A stretch of 49,401 nt of DNA from a virus (taxonomy: Duplodnaviria > Caudoviricetes). Position 1 is the first letter of the stretch. Each line of letters starts with the position of its first letter. The notes below the pieces were generated by a model that was not told where the DNA came from, did not search any database, and worked only from the letters and a program-made list of their open reading frames with translations. The DNA lies in the IMG/VR virus record IMGVR_UViG_3300033808_000008, positions 1 to 49,401 of that record; one strand, given 5' to 3'. Positions 17,701 to 27,046 of the stretch are shown piece after piece. The position numbers and the translations under genes are program-made.

Positions 17701-18494
17701 CTGTGCCCATTCGTGTTCGACGTGTTGTTGTAAATTTCTACCCATCGCGTACTCGGCGTAGCTGAATTCCCAGAATTGCCGTGGGCGTCGAGTGAACTGA
17801 AATTCAACGTATTGTTGCGAAAGACTGTCCGGGCACCGTAATAGTTCTCGATTGCCTTCGCCAGCACTGAGGTGCTCGTGTTGTTGAATGTGTTGTTTTC
17901 GATGTAGACAGCATTGTAGCTCCCCGGAACAATGTCATCTGACCAGCCCGCTGTGCTGCTAGGGCCAAGGGCGAAGTTGTGGATCATCTCGGCAGCCCCG
18001 CCACCTGTAAATGTATTGTGGTCGATCAACCCCGGCCCGTTTCCTTTGGTGTCGAGAAGCGTACCACTGTCGTTCATCGAGAGATTAGAGTGGTCAAAGC
18101 GAAAAGGTTTGTCGCCAGGGTTGGTGTTGAAAATGATCGGCTCCTCGCTGTCGTTTACCACGCCCGTGGTAATCAGTGTGGCGTTCGTGATTCGCGTGGA
18201 TGCTGTGCTATTGGTAGAAACCGAAATCATGTTCTGATTCGGCGCTGCCGCACTGGTCATAGTACAGCCTGCCAGATTCAAGGTCAGAGATTTCCCTGAG
18301 ATGGTAATAGGCGTTGCACCATACGTGACCGACCCACCAGAAAGAATTGTGATAGTATCGCCGCTCGCTGCCGCCGCTGTTACGCAAGCCTGAATGTCTG
18401 ATTGGGAACAGGTTGCAGCGACAAGATTTGGAGAGCTTCCCGTGCAGGCCCCGAACGCCTGAGCCGCTAAACACATCCACAAAAGGTATCGCAT
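14781..18494 (-). CDS. Large beta-helix (depolymerase/adhesin-like) protein with C-terminal putative Ig domain and signal peptide
   Basis: MRYLLWMCLAAQAFG|A; many Asn-ladder repeats (IDHNTF, IENNTF, FRNNTL, YEGNMFENNW); C-terminal ITTTTLPNG..YSQTL..GTLPAGL.L..G.LSGTPT. Confidence 0.8.
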   Translation of the reverse strand: MRYLLWMCLAAQAFGACTGSSPNLVAATCSQSDIQACVTAAAASGDTITILSGGSVTYGATPITISGKSLTLNLAGCTMTSAAAPNQNMISVSTNSTASTRITNATLITTGVVNDSEEPIIFNTNPGDKPFRFDHSNLSMNDSGTLLDTKGNGPGLIDHNTFTGGGAAEMIHNFALGPSSTAGWSDDIVPGSYNAVYIENNTFNNTSTSVLAKAIENYYGARTVFRNNTLNFSSLDAHGNSGNSATPSTRWVEIYNNTSNTNGHSQCCFFTIRGGSGVMFGNVENGANGGAGSIQFQEDIGDNFGGTCSPPDPYPYHVGSGITSGPFGASTPFQLWAVDANMHPGGDGCIRSGVEFIVNTNQPSTMPRCESAADVTAGCSVNYSYTPFTYPYPLTAAGLPNPNPAPPRPQQNGPNILGPVQFFGGTSIIAAGGTSNTFLSENLYCAPGDIPLFGATDGPATLPQACIYTAMSGSPSPGSPITASTASALTSALSSVTCGQTIIIPATSTITGTFTLPALGCDISHWITIRTDQINNANFPAEAVRATPCSIGNATTASYPAYSCPSPAVLMPTIQTSTANTPVFTGAAGCNFYRLIGLNITSTTGAGINAKLFSFSNGCDHVIIDRSLLHAPPVNCSQTAGVYTCDTTTFAQGAIGWANSTYMAVVSSWLYDTYCISVCVDSQGIGGGTNAGVGTGGGGPYKAFNNLIASSGETWLFGGSGATATPCDFEFRRNHSFKPLSWMLANNGSGTHPIIKNLGEMKNGCRILYEGNMFENNWAGFQTDQTGFTILMTPKNQGNSIHVTGSFAGGVYTASSGTPFTSDMAGYNLGIDDASRSDNGVSYPIVSVDPSDTFVTVSGSPPNGAVNFAVACHPGLCPTCHDDDITIRYNETRNTRGGATIATARTTYCHDESNGMNNVSVHDNLFQGMDNRFDNGGGTPGSASDCFYVENGQYVYIMSAWTVNHNTCIHTSAGANSLSSMQVLDLTNNPPTITPGAYFANMIYTNNIDWAAWMATYKSGTLFPGGALAGLNQEGCPNHDGLNCTWVQAKNIFGIGQYTNQVVNKPYAATNADPGDTPAGGGCGTAQATCFPNGAAFNSLFVNWNNGYLGDYHLAPGSPYKLQGTDGLDIGANISLEQAATAGVAQSVTYTPISITTTTLPNGTNGTAYSQTLLASGGASDFQNWFVQTGTLPAGLALSRYGLLSGTPTASGTSSFTVIVYDGARQTSTQNLSLTIN

Positions 18495-19243
18495 CAGTTT
18501 CCTTTGACCGCCACCGCAAACAAGACTGCCCTACCCGAAGAATCTTGCGTGATCGTCGGTGCCGTTCCACTGCTGGTATTGATGGAAGCTGCCTCGACTG
18601 ATCCACCGTAGAATTGGGCGTTGGTGGAATAGGGAGACGAAATCGCCGTAAAGTTATTGGCCGGAGCACCCATCGTCACAATTGCATCCTTCGTCCCGGT
18701 CAGCGTCAACGCCACTCCCGTGCAGCTAGTGCACCCAGTCGTAATATCCAAATTGTTGACAACATCTATGCTGGTAGATGGCCCCGAATAAGCAAGTTCC
18801 ATCACGATACACGCCAACCCCGCACTAGCCGACGCATTGATAGTGCACGTCAGGGTTGTCTCTCCGCCTACGGCTGTTAGGGTATAGCGGGCATCCACGC
18901 CGATCTGCGGAGTGCTATCGAAAGTGGCGCAGGTAGGAGATGGGCACACTATCCACGTTTCCCCGCCGCCGCAGCCGTTTAGAGTCCTCGCAGCACCATT
19001 GGCGTACCACACACCGCAAACCAACACATGATTGGCACCGACTGCGGTGACATTGACAGTGCAGGTAGACCCTCCGACAGTACAAGAACTGCCTCCAGTT
19101 CCTGCCGATGAGGTATCAAAATATTTGAGTTGGACAACCGACCACGTGCCCCCGGACGACGTATGCAATGTCGGGACGTACTGCATGGACGCAGCCCACG
19201 CTAGACTCGAACTCAGCACCAGAAATAAGCGAATCAGCCTCAT
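18494..19243 (-). CDS. Exported beta-sandwich protein in the tail module
   Basis: MRLIRLFLVLSSSLAWA|A; Cys- and Thr-rich. Confidence 0.7.
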   Translation of the reverse strand: MRLIRLFLVLSSSLAWAASMQYVPTLHTSSGGTWSVVQLKYFDTSSAGTGGSSCTVGGSTCTVNVTAVGANHVLVCGVWYANGAARTLNGCGGGETWIVCPSPTCATFDSTPQIGVDARYTLTAVGGETTLTCTINASASAGLACIVMELAYSGPSTSIDVVNNLDITTGCTSCTGVALTLTGTKDAIVTMGAPANNFTAISSPYSTNAQFYGGSVEAASINTSSGTAPTITQDSSGRAVLFAVAVKGN

Positions 19244-22200
19244 TGTGCGGCCACGCTCAGCAGTCTGGGGAAAGTAATATCAGCTCCATAAAATTCCGCA
19301 TTGGTCGCTGTATCGGTTGCCCTCCCAACCGTGACCTGCATCAAAGCTCCCGCGACACATCCCGTCATGTCAGTCGAATTCATCTGTACATTAGAACTTG
19401 ACCAGAATCGGTTGGCATTGCCGTTCAGCGTGACCGTGGATGAGGAGTGCGCTGCATTGGCTGCGACATCATCCGTGGTCGTTCCGTCGCCCTTGTAGCA
19501 GGCAACTTGGATGCTTGGAATGACGGTATGGCCGTTAGTTGCATCCGTGGATGCCAGATAGAAACGGATATAGGGATTCGTTCCTGAGTCCCAATCGTTC
19601 GGGATCGTCACCTGGAACGTGGCGAACGTGGAGGATGTATCCGTGATGGAAATATACCCGCCAAGGTTGTTGGTTCCAGCTCTACAGGTCACCGTCCCGC
19701 CTGATCCAATCGACCATCCCGCCCCAGCAGTTGTGTTGTTGCAATTGGCCGAAGGAACGAAATATCGTTCTGGGAAGTCTATGAAGGACGGATCGCTTCC
19801 GCCGCCGGACTTGAAGATTTGCCCTGCCGTGCCTGCGGCAGTTGCTACCGCAGCAGAAGCATTCTCGCTGACCAGAACGCCATGGGCAGTTGATCCGATA
19901 GCGGCGTTGGCTCCAAGACTTTGCAGGGCAGACCAGGTTTGCGCCAAGTTTATTTCGGCAATGGTGCCAGTATTCGCCGGCAGACTGGCAGTAACAGAGC
20001 CTAAAGCACCTGTGACCGTGTTGAGGGTAACGGTTCCCGAAGTAGCGTTGCCAAATGCAATGCTTCCGAGCGTGCCGGATGCGCCCAGAGTTGGAGTCGC
20101 TGTCCATGAAGATGCCGAAGAACTGGTCGTGTTAGGGACTTGGCCCGTTGCCGCACTCGTCGCATTGGTTCCACCACCTGCAATCGGAATGGTTGGCAGA
20201 TCGGCAGTGCCGATTGACTGATACCCTGGGGGTGCCGAGCTTCCGGTATTGTTTCCCCACCATTTATGAGCGCCAGCATTTGCTAGGGTCAAGGTCACTG
20301 CACCAGAGGAACCGCTGTTGCTGATGAGCGTGCCATCGCCAGAAATCGAGGTCACCGAACCGCTCACGTTCACATGGCCTGCATAGGCAAACCGGATGAT
20401 AGGTAGGGTTGTGGTTGCAGTCACCGTAGTGCTGTCAGGGAGGGTATATGTCCCTGACGTATGGGTAACCCATCCCACCAAGTCGCCAGTCGTACACGAT
20501 CCGGTCCCGCCCGAGTCGGTGACCTTACCTGCCGTAGTCCCCGCGCAGACCGAATCCCCAGCAGTTACGGCGGCAGATGCGTTGATTGGCACGTCGCCGC
20601 TATAGACTACCTGCACTCCGACCGTCCCGACATTCTCTGCCACTCCAATGATATTCAACGGACTGGCCCCGCAATCCTGGGTGTTCTCCGCCGTGGACTG
20701 GGAGCATTGCAGGTTCCACTGGGTTACCGTCGTTCCCTTGGCGAACCCTCCCGCTACTTCCACCAAGCCCTGATGCCCGGTATTGGAAGCGCCTGTACTC
20801 AATCCGGCATAGACGCCTACCGAACCCGCAATCGAGCCGGTATTGGTAGCGGCATTATCTCCGCCGAATAGTCCCGCCACTCCGCCGGCAGAACTCGAAC
20901 CGCCAGCTCCTGTCTGGCTTGGGCCTTGTACGATGGCTCCGCCGAGCGCAGAGTTAGCTGAGACGTTGCCATTGCCTCCTGTGTAGGTCACGGTTCCGGC
21001 ATTGGTATTGGTGCGAATGACTGGCCCGGAAGAAATGAGCACGTTAGACGCTGTAGGGCAATTTCCAACGCCTCCACCAGTGATGATCGAACCTCCCAAC
21101 AGCGCAGAAGTCGTCACCGTGGTAGTGGAAGTCGCGCAAAGTACGCCCCCAGAAGTCAGGGCACCGCTGGCCGGATAGGTGTTCGAGTTCACCAGAGTCG
21201 CATTGATTCCGCCAGTTCCGATGGCCTGCAGCAATCCGGTAGTCGATACCTGCACACCGTTCGCTGTTCCGCCAGCCGTTACCTGCAACGGAACAGCCGT
21301 AGAACTTGCCAAGGTCTGCACGTTCAATTCAATGTCGCCGGTTCCTGTGGCTGCCGTAGTCTCACCGAAAGTAAATGCCGACTGCGAGTTTGTGGTTTGC
21401 GCCCAGTTCCATATCTGCGGATTGTTTCCGTTGGCTATAGTATTGGAGCCAGCTGCGGCAGTGATTGCCGAGAGCGCGGGAGAACCGCCACCTCCGCACA
21501 CCCCGCCAAAATCGTTCAGTGTGATAACCCCGCCAACTTTGGTCCATTTCACGCAATCATTGTTGGTGATGGAAACGCTCGATGGCACAACCACATTGAT
21601 GTTGTCTACACCATTGCTGCCTATGTGCCAGTTGTTGTTGGTCGTGTCATAGGCGACGGTGCCATTGGTTCCAGTCGAGGCTCCGGCAATGTTCGGGACA
21701 CGCAGAGAGCTTGACGAGGATGAGGCCGACATATTCAGCGTCATTGCGGACGTGCCGGTGTTGGTGTTGTTATTCAGAACTACTGCTGTATAGCTATATC
21801 CCGCATCAGCTAGAGCATTACCAACTGAATTGGAGAGGTACGGGACATCGCCACTGGTGGAACTGGCAGGACCGCCCACGACAGGAACATAGCCGCCATT
21901 GTTGTTATTCATCCGCCAGCCGTGCAAGGTTGAGTTTGGGCAGAGCAGGTCATAGTTGACTGCTGGAACCAGCAGGGAACAGTCCCCTTCCTGGGCGTTG
22001 ATTCCTCCTCCCGTCCCTGTGGTTGAGAACGAATTGGCTGCGGTCATATTCCCGCTTTTATCGACGCTGAACTGGGATGTTCCCCCTACCTGTAGATCAA
22101 TCAGTTTGGAAGCATTACCGGAGCTGGTGTTGGTCACATTCATCAGGATTCCGGCATCCACCTGCCCACTCGTGTTCCATGTAGGGTTAAGGTAGAGTGC

Positions 22201-25032
22201 TGGCAGAGTTTGCGATCCGGTCAAGGAGTTTGAAATCGTCACTGGAACTGCTGTCGAACCAGAAATGGTATTGACTTGGAACAAGGTCTGTTGCAGGGCC
22301 GTGCCGCCAGTCGAAGGGCCGGGAGCTTCCTGAACCTGCAAAGCAATCTGATTGGAAGTCAAATCCCATTGCCACAACTGGCTAAACGCGGCATTGGAAA
22401 TCGAGTTGGCAAGAATCGCCTGCGTCAATCCCGAGAGCGCCGTGGTCAACGATGGAGAGCATGACCCGCCCAACGTACAGGCCGTACCACTGACCGTGAT
22501 GGTAGGGGAAGTCCATGTCGTCGGATTCGTCCCGCCAGCCTGAGAGGTCAGAACAAATCCCGCCGTTCCTACCGTCGCCGGAAAATTGAAATTGTAGGCT
22601 GAGATGGCTGCCAAATTCTGAAGCGTTACCGTCTGTCCATTGGTTGTGCCGTTTGCCAACCCAAGACTGCCAGTTACGCCGCCTGTTCCATTGATGCCAA
22701 GTACGGGTGCTGCGGTAAAGGCAGGCCCAGCGCCGCCCAGTACCTGACCGTTGACGCCGGTAATCGCCAACGTGAGCGAGTTCCCGAGAGCAACGGTATT
22801 GCCGCCAGCTAATGGACTTATCGTGTTTACGGTAATAGATGAGTTCTGCAGTCCGGCATTGGTCAAAGCTCCACTGATTTGAAACTGGACGTTTGACCCA
22901 GATGGATTGGAAGCGTTAATAGAAACGCCATTGACCGTCGAACCATTCTGGAAGTTAACCGGACTGGTCAATACCGACCCTCCATTAACTGTGATCGCCG
23001 CTCCCGAACCGCACGTTCCCCAATTCGGGGTCCCACCGGTCTCCGTCAAGCAGGCCGCTGCCCCACTGTTACCAGCTAAGCGAATCAGGGATGACCCGTT
23101 GAAATAAGCAATATCGCCAGCAGTCGAAAGAGTAGCCTGCCATGAAGGGAGGCTCGAACTTGAGAACATGAATGAGTTGTTGATAACTCCGAGTCTTGCA
23201 ACGCTGTTCGCTCCATTTCCAACCAGCAAATCTCCGCTCGTCCATGATGCTGGCATGGATAGACCTATGGTGCAATTCCCGCTGGCGCAAGGCGATCCTG
23301 AAACCTGGAATCCGGTAGGAGCATTGAAGGTGATGCCAGTCAGAGTTCCGCTGCCAGATGGCGTTCCCCAAGAAAGCTGGGCCTTACCGCCAGCCACAGA
23401 TGAAAATGTAAGAAACTGCCCGGAAGTTGGATCGACAGTAGGGAGAAGCAAAACAGAAGGCGTACCAGCTATCGCCGCAGCCCCAATTCCTGCCTGGCCG
23501 CTAGTCGCTCCATTGAATAACCAATATCCTGCCGTTTCTGAATTAAGGCCAGCCTGGTCAGAGCGAAATGCCCAATCTTTTGCTACCGTCCAAGTTGAAC
23601 CTGCCGGAATCCAATATGCAATGTTCTGAGTCGGGAAACCATGCGTGACTGGCGAAAGAGCCTCGAAATCCACACCAGAAGCGCTGGATTCTCCCCCGTT
23701 GGCGCTGACTCCGCCCACAACTCCAATGAAGAACAAGCCTCCCAGATTTTGCACGTTGTTAGTGTTTTGTGCAAAACCATGGACTCCAATCAAATTTGCC
23801 GAACCAAGCGGGGAAGCGACATTGTTGTTCAGAGCACTAAGCCCGCTGACTGCGATCATGCCTTGACCGCTACCCGATACTGATCCGGCAGCATCCAAGA
23901 CCATGTCGCTACGAATGCCTGCAGCGCAGACCTCGGCAGCGGCTACTTGGCAAATGTAGTTAGGGTTGTCAACGTGCGTTTCTCCATAAATCCCGACCTG
24001 ACCTTCAAGAATCGCAGGAGTCGAGGAGTTCCATGCCGAGAAAAACCCGATTGCGTTGTCCTGCACTCCCGACCCGGTTCCGGTGGTTGCTCCCGGACGA
24101 TGCCCTACAGAGAACAAGGCGTTGCGAATAATTCCCACTTGCCGTTGGTTGTCATTGACAAAGACGTTTCGGCAGAACTCCAGAACGCCATACGGCACTG
24201 GCAACGGAGATGTACCCCAGTTGGTATCAATGGTTGCCAAGGTGCTCCATGAACCATTGGACATCTGCTGCCACGAAAAGGGGACCGTATTCGCCGGGCA
24301 GAACGATGTGTTGACGATGCCGCTGGGGGCGGTCTGTGCCGAGTTCAGGAGATATTCCGAAGTCGAGGCAATCTGCCCTGTTCCTGAAGGAACCAGCGAA
24401 GCTCCAGTTCCTACGCCCATTGAAGCAGAGGTATTGAAGCCGCTGGTGATGGTATTGAAGGGTGGACTCCCGCCGCCTCCGCCCGATCCTACCCAGTTTT
24501 GCCACGATACACCTGTCCATTGCCGGGTAATGGAGTTCGTCACATTCCAGTAGAACGCTCCCGGAGTGTTGGGGAATGCAGGGGTTCCCACTTCAATATC
24601 CAGATAGCCAAAAGCGTAAGGCCCAGCGGCAAATCTCGGCCCTGCCAAACCAGACGAAAGCTGGCTGGAAAGATTCGGGCTGGCCCCGGTCACAGGCAGG
24701 GTCGTAGTACGGCACGCGGCGGAAGCATTTGGGCAGTAGACGAATGCCCATTGACTTCCAGCTGGAGCAATGAAATTGGACGAAGGCAGCGATACGATGA
24801 TCGTACCGCCTGAGTTCATCGTGCCAGAAAAGTATTGCTGAAAGGACTGCCCTCCATTCCAAGTATAAGGACCGGGATTACCAAAAGTCGGAACGAAGGA
24901 TATGTTCCAAGTACCATTGTTCCAAGTTTGACCATCACTGTCTGTGATGGTCGCAACTACGTTGGAGGTTTGTCCGAGGCAGGTTACTGTTAGCGCGAGC
25001 GCGGCGAGAAGCGAGAGAATAAGTCTACGCAT
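19240..25032 (-). CDS. Giant (about 1930 aa) fibre/adhesin-like protein with signal peptide
   Basis: MRRLILSLLAALALTVTCLG|Q; Gly/Ser/Thr-rich mosaic fibre motifs (GDLLVGNG, GQVLGG, IAGGGTNATSA); internal duplications. Confidence 0.8.
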   Translation of the reverse strand: MRRLILSLLAALALTVTCLGQTSNVVATITDSDGQTWNNGTWNISFVPTFGNPGPYTWNGGQSFQQYFSGTMNSGGTIIVSLPSSNFIAPAGSQWAFVYCPNASAACRTTTLPVTGASPNLSSQLSSGLAGPRFAAGPYAFGYLDIEVGTPAFPNTPGAFYWNVTNSITRQWTGVSWQNWVGSGGGGGSPPFNTITSGFNTSASMGVGTGASLVPSGTGQIASTSEYLLNSAQTAPSGIVNTSFCPANTVPFSWQQMSNGSWSTLATIDTNWGTSPLPVPYGVLEFCRNVFVNDNQRQVGIIRNALFSVGHRPGATTGTGSGVQDNAIGFFSAWNSSTPAILEGQVGIYGETHVDNPNYICQVAAAEVCAAGIRSDMVLDAAGSVSGSGQGMIAVSGLSALNNNVASPLGSANLIGVHGFAQNTNNVQNLGGLFFIGVVGGVSANGGESSASGVDFEALSPVTHGFPTQNIAYWIPAGSTWTVAKDWAFRSDQAGLNSETAGYWLFNGATSGQAGIGAAAIAGTPSVLLLPTVDPTSGQFLTFSSVAGGKAQLSWGTPSGSGTLTGITFNAPTGFQVSGSPCASGNCTIGLSMPASWTSGDLLVGNGANSVARLGVINNSFMFSSSSLPSWQATLSTAGDIAYFNGSSLIRLAGNSGAAACLTETGGTPNWGTCGSGAAITVNGGSVLTSPVNFQNGSTVNGVSINASNPSGSNVQFQISGALTNAGLQNSSITVNTISPLAGGNTVALGNSLTLAITGVNGQVLGGAGPAFTAAPVLGINGTGGVTGSLGLANGTTNGQTVTLQNLAAISAYNFNFPATVGTAGFVLTSQAGGTNPTTWTSPTITVSGTACTLGGSCSPSLTTALSGLTQAILANSISNAAFSQLWQWDLTSNQIALQVQEAPGPSTGGTALQQTLFQVNTISGSTAVPVTISNSLTGSQTLPALYLNPTWNTSGQVDAGILMNVTNTSSGNASKLIDLQVGGTSQFSVDKSGNMTAANSFSTTGTGGGINAQEGDCSLLVPAVNYDLLCPNSTLHGWRMNNNNGGYVPVVGGPASSTSGDVPYLSNSVGNALADAGYSYTAVVLNNNTNTGTSAMTLNMSASSSSSSLRVPNIAGASTGTNGTVAYDTTNNNWHIGSNGVDNINVVVPSSVSITNNDCVKWTKVGGVITLNDFGGVCGGGGSPALSAITAAAGSNTIANGNNPQIWNWAQTTNSQSAFTFGETTAATGTGDIELNVQTLASSTAVPLQVTAGGTANGVQVSTTGLLQAIGTGGINATLVNSNTYPASGALTSGGVLCATSTTTVTTSALLGGSIITGGGVGNCPTASNVLISSGPVIRTNTNAGTVTYTGGNGNVSANSALGGAIVQGPSQTGAGGSSSAGGVAGLFGGDNAATNTGSIAGSVGVYAGLSTGASNTGHQGLVEVAGGFAKGTTVTQWNLQCSQSTAENTQDCGASPLNIIGVAENVGTVGVQVVYSGDVPINASAAVTAGDSVCAGTTAGKVTDSGGTGSCTTGDLVGWVTHTSGTYTLPDSTTVTATTTLPIIRFAYAGHVNVSGSVTSISGDGTLISNSGSSGAVTLTLANAGAHKWWGNNTGSSAPPGYQSIGTADLPTIPIAGGGTNATSAATGQVPNTTSSSASSWTATPTLGASGTLGSIAFGNATSGTVTLNTVTGALGSVTASLPANTGTIAEINLAQTWSALQSLGANAAIGSTAHGVLVSENASAAVATAAGTAGQIFKSGGGSDPSFIDFPERYFVPSANCNNTTAGAGWSIGSGGTVTCRAGTNNLGGYISITDTSSTFATFQVTIPNDWDSGTNPYIRFYLASTDATNGHTVIPSIQVACYKGDGTTTDDVAANAAHSSSTVTLNGNANRFWSSSNVQMNSTDMTGCVAGALMQVTVGRATDTATNAEFYGADITFPRLLSVAAQ

Positions 25033-25033
25033 G

Positions 25034-25324
25034 TCATTTCCCGGCACCAATGGCAATCGTCAGTTCTCCGCTTCCTAAAGTGGGCACTTTGATTCCCCGT
25101 ACCCATCCCAAATCACCTGTGTTGATTTGCTGCATCTGTGTACCAGTCCCGGTCACAGCCAGCAGAATGTCTTTCCCGTTCGAGTCCTGCACGTTACAAG
25201 TCTGAGACCCGCCAAGGGTATAGTTCGACCAGTTGATGTTCTTGATGCGTACCGGGAAACTGTAGATCACAGACGCACCGGCAGTATCAATGCGCCAGGG
25301 GTTGGCACTGAGGTCATTTGCCAT
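25034..25324 (-). CDS. Small virion-module protein
   Basis: GGAG RBS; beta-rich; synteny. Confidence 0.6.
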   Translation of the reverse strand: MANDLSANPWRIDTAGASVIYSFPVRIKNINWSNYTLGGSQTCNVQDSNGKDILLAVTGTGTQMQQINTGDLGWVRGIKVPTLGSGELTIAIGAGK

Positions 25325-25514
25325 TTTGTGGTCTCCGGTACTCTTCAAGCGTCACGTTCTGCTTGCTGGCTTCCCGCATGTCTACAGTCAACTCCCGCCA
25401 CTGCTTGCACACATGGCTCATGCGTTCCACGTTGACCTTGTACATCCCGCAGTGGATGCACGCACCACGCTCATCGTATTCGTGAGCAATCGAAGGTTTG
25501 CCACGCTGCGCCAT
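25314..25514 (-). CDS. Small Cys/His protein
   Basis: TAATG coupling; H..CIHC..HVC. Confidence 0.55.
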   Translation of the reverse strand: MAQRGKPSIAHEYDERGACIHCGMYKVNVERMSHVCKQWRELTVDMREASKQNVTLEEYRRPQNGK

Positions 25515-26437
25515 TAGTTGAAGTTGTACGCCAAGTCGATGAAAATTCCGTAAATATCCACCACGGCAGTTCCACCGGAAGGCGTCAGGTCCCACTCAAT
25601 CAGGAACTCGGTAAAGCGTGTAGTCTGAAATCCCTGGTTCGCCACAGGCACCGGAATGCACGTCAGGTAAGGCTGCGCCTGGGTTGCATTCGCCAAACCG
25701 TTCTGGCCTGCGGTAATGATGTTGGCAACCACCGGAGCTGTGTTGTTGGCAAAGGTAGTCTTGGTCAGAGAAATTGCCTGCGAAGTCTGCGCTGCCGTGG
25801 TCAAAGTGTAAACCGGGTAGATGGCCTTGAATGCAATTCCTTTGGGGCGGGCGGACGATACAGGGGTCAACTGGGTTGCGCCTGTGAACGGCGGCCTGCC
25901 GGTAACCCCTGCCGGAGTCGTAAAGGCTCCCATGGCAACCGGGAAAGTGGCCGTGTGGGTACTTTTGACGGTAGCAACCTGGATATGCGTGCCGTCAGGA
26001 ATCGAGATAATCAACTGGGTTTCCTGCACACCCGAAGCCACGGTATCAATCACCACATAGTTGCCGGCGGTAAAGCCGACGCTTGACTGGACCGCAATCG
26101 AAACTGCGGTTCCGGCATTGATGGTGGATGTTCCGTAAGTGTAGGGAGAACCTACCGCCTGCCCACCAGCCCCAAGGAAGCCTGCACCAGCGCCAAACTG
26201 TTCCTGAAGGTCGTCCGCTACGCCGTATCGGGCGAGTGTAGCGCTCAACGGGATAAGCAGTTTGCTGACAGTCGTGGCCGACGCCAAGTGGAATGTGACC
26301 AGACCGGAACCGCCAAGAGGGTAAGTAACCACACCCGAAGTTCCCAGAACGGCTACGTTGGTCGGATATACCGGGACAAAAATGTGGCCGTCCTGACAGG
26401 GGGTATCCATGTCCAGACGGCTTTGTGTGCGTGGCAT
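25514..26437 (-). CDS. Putative capsid decoration / structural protein
   Basis: GGAGGAG RBS; beta-rich; downstream of the capsid gene. Confidence 0.55.
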   Translation of the reverse strand: MPRTQSRLDMDTPCQDGHIFVPVYPTNVAVLGTSGVVTYPLGGSGLVTFHLASATTVSKLLIPLSATLARYGVADDLQEQFGAGAGFLGAGGQAVGSPYTYGTSTINAGTAVSIAVQSSVGFTAGNYVVIDTVASGVQETQLIISIPDGTHIQVATVKSTHTATFPVAMGAFTTPAGVTGRPPFTGATQLTPVSSARPKGIAFKAIYPVYTLTTAAQTSQAISLTKTTFANNTAPVVANIITAGQNGLANATQAQPYLTCIPVPVANQGFQTTRFTEFLIEWDLTPSGGTAVVDIYGIFIDLAYNFN

Positions 26438-26496
26438 ATTGTCTCCTCCCAGGGGGCCGACATATCAGCTCTCCCCCACATGGGTTCGTTGAGGTC

Positions 26497-26778
26497 TTAC
26501 AACTTCCTGTCGCTCGTCATCGGGCCACCATGTTCTGGCCCTTTGTCGGAGCGAATCAACTCTTTATTCACTTCCGGGTCATCGTTCTGCGGAACCTTGG
26601 GATTCAGGTTCTCGCAGTGCGAGTACAGAATCTTCTCCCTGCGAGTCTCGAACCACGTCCCGGCATCCGTGTTGAACACTTCATGCCCAGTGCTTGAGTC
26701 GAACTGTTCATTGGTGTTCAGATAGCACAACGGGTCACCGCGTGAAAGCAAGGCTCCGGGTTGGATTCTCTGTCTCAT
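26497..26778 (-). CDS. Hypothetical protein
   Basis: TAATG coupling. Confidence 0.55.
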   Translation of the reverse strand: MRQRIQPGALLSRGDPLCYLNTNEQFDSSTGHEVFNTDAGTWFETRREKILYSHCENLNPKVPQNDDPEVNKELIRSDKGPEHGGPMTSDRKL

Positions 26779-27044
26779 TAGTCGAAGTACACATCCTGGT
26801 CTGGCTGATCCGGCTGTGACAGTTTCGGGTGCGGTTGCAGGTCTGAGGTATCGTTTTTCAGAATCCTTGCAATATCAGCCTCCCGCGATCCGAGCAACCC
26901 AAACTGCCCTCCGGCCAGCACATCCGAGAAGTCCGGGCCTACCAGCCTGCCTTGCTCCCAGATCATTTCGTCCAAGTTAAAACGAATCCCTGAACGCATG
27001 CAGGTATGCCACGCCCCGGACGATATTTTCTTTGCTCCCCACAT
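26778..27044 (-). CDS. Head-module protein
   Basis: CMRSGIRFNLDEMIWEQGRLVGPD resembles the CDRxG..L..L..EW.GL.V.P proteins seen beside podovirus capsid genes. Confidence 0.55.
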   Translation of the reverse strand: MWGAKKISSGAWHTCMRSGIRFNLDEMIWEQGRLVGPDFSDVLAGGQFGLLGSREADIARILKNDTSDLQPHPKLSQPDQPDQDVYFD

Positions 27045-27046
27045 GG

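Noticed and set aside
14781-25032. Diversity-generating retroelement targeting the fibres
   Set aside because: No reverse transcriptase, and no near-identical TR/VR pair differing at adenines was noticed.
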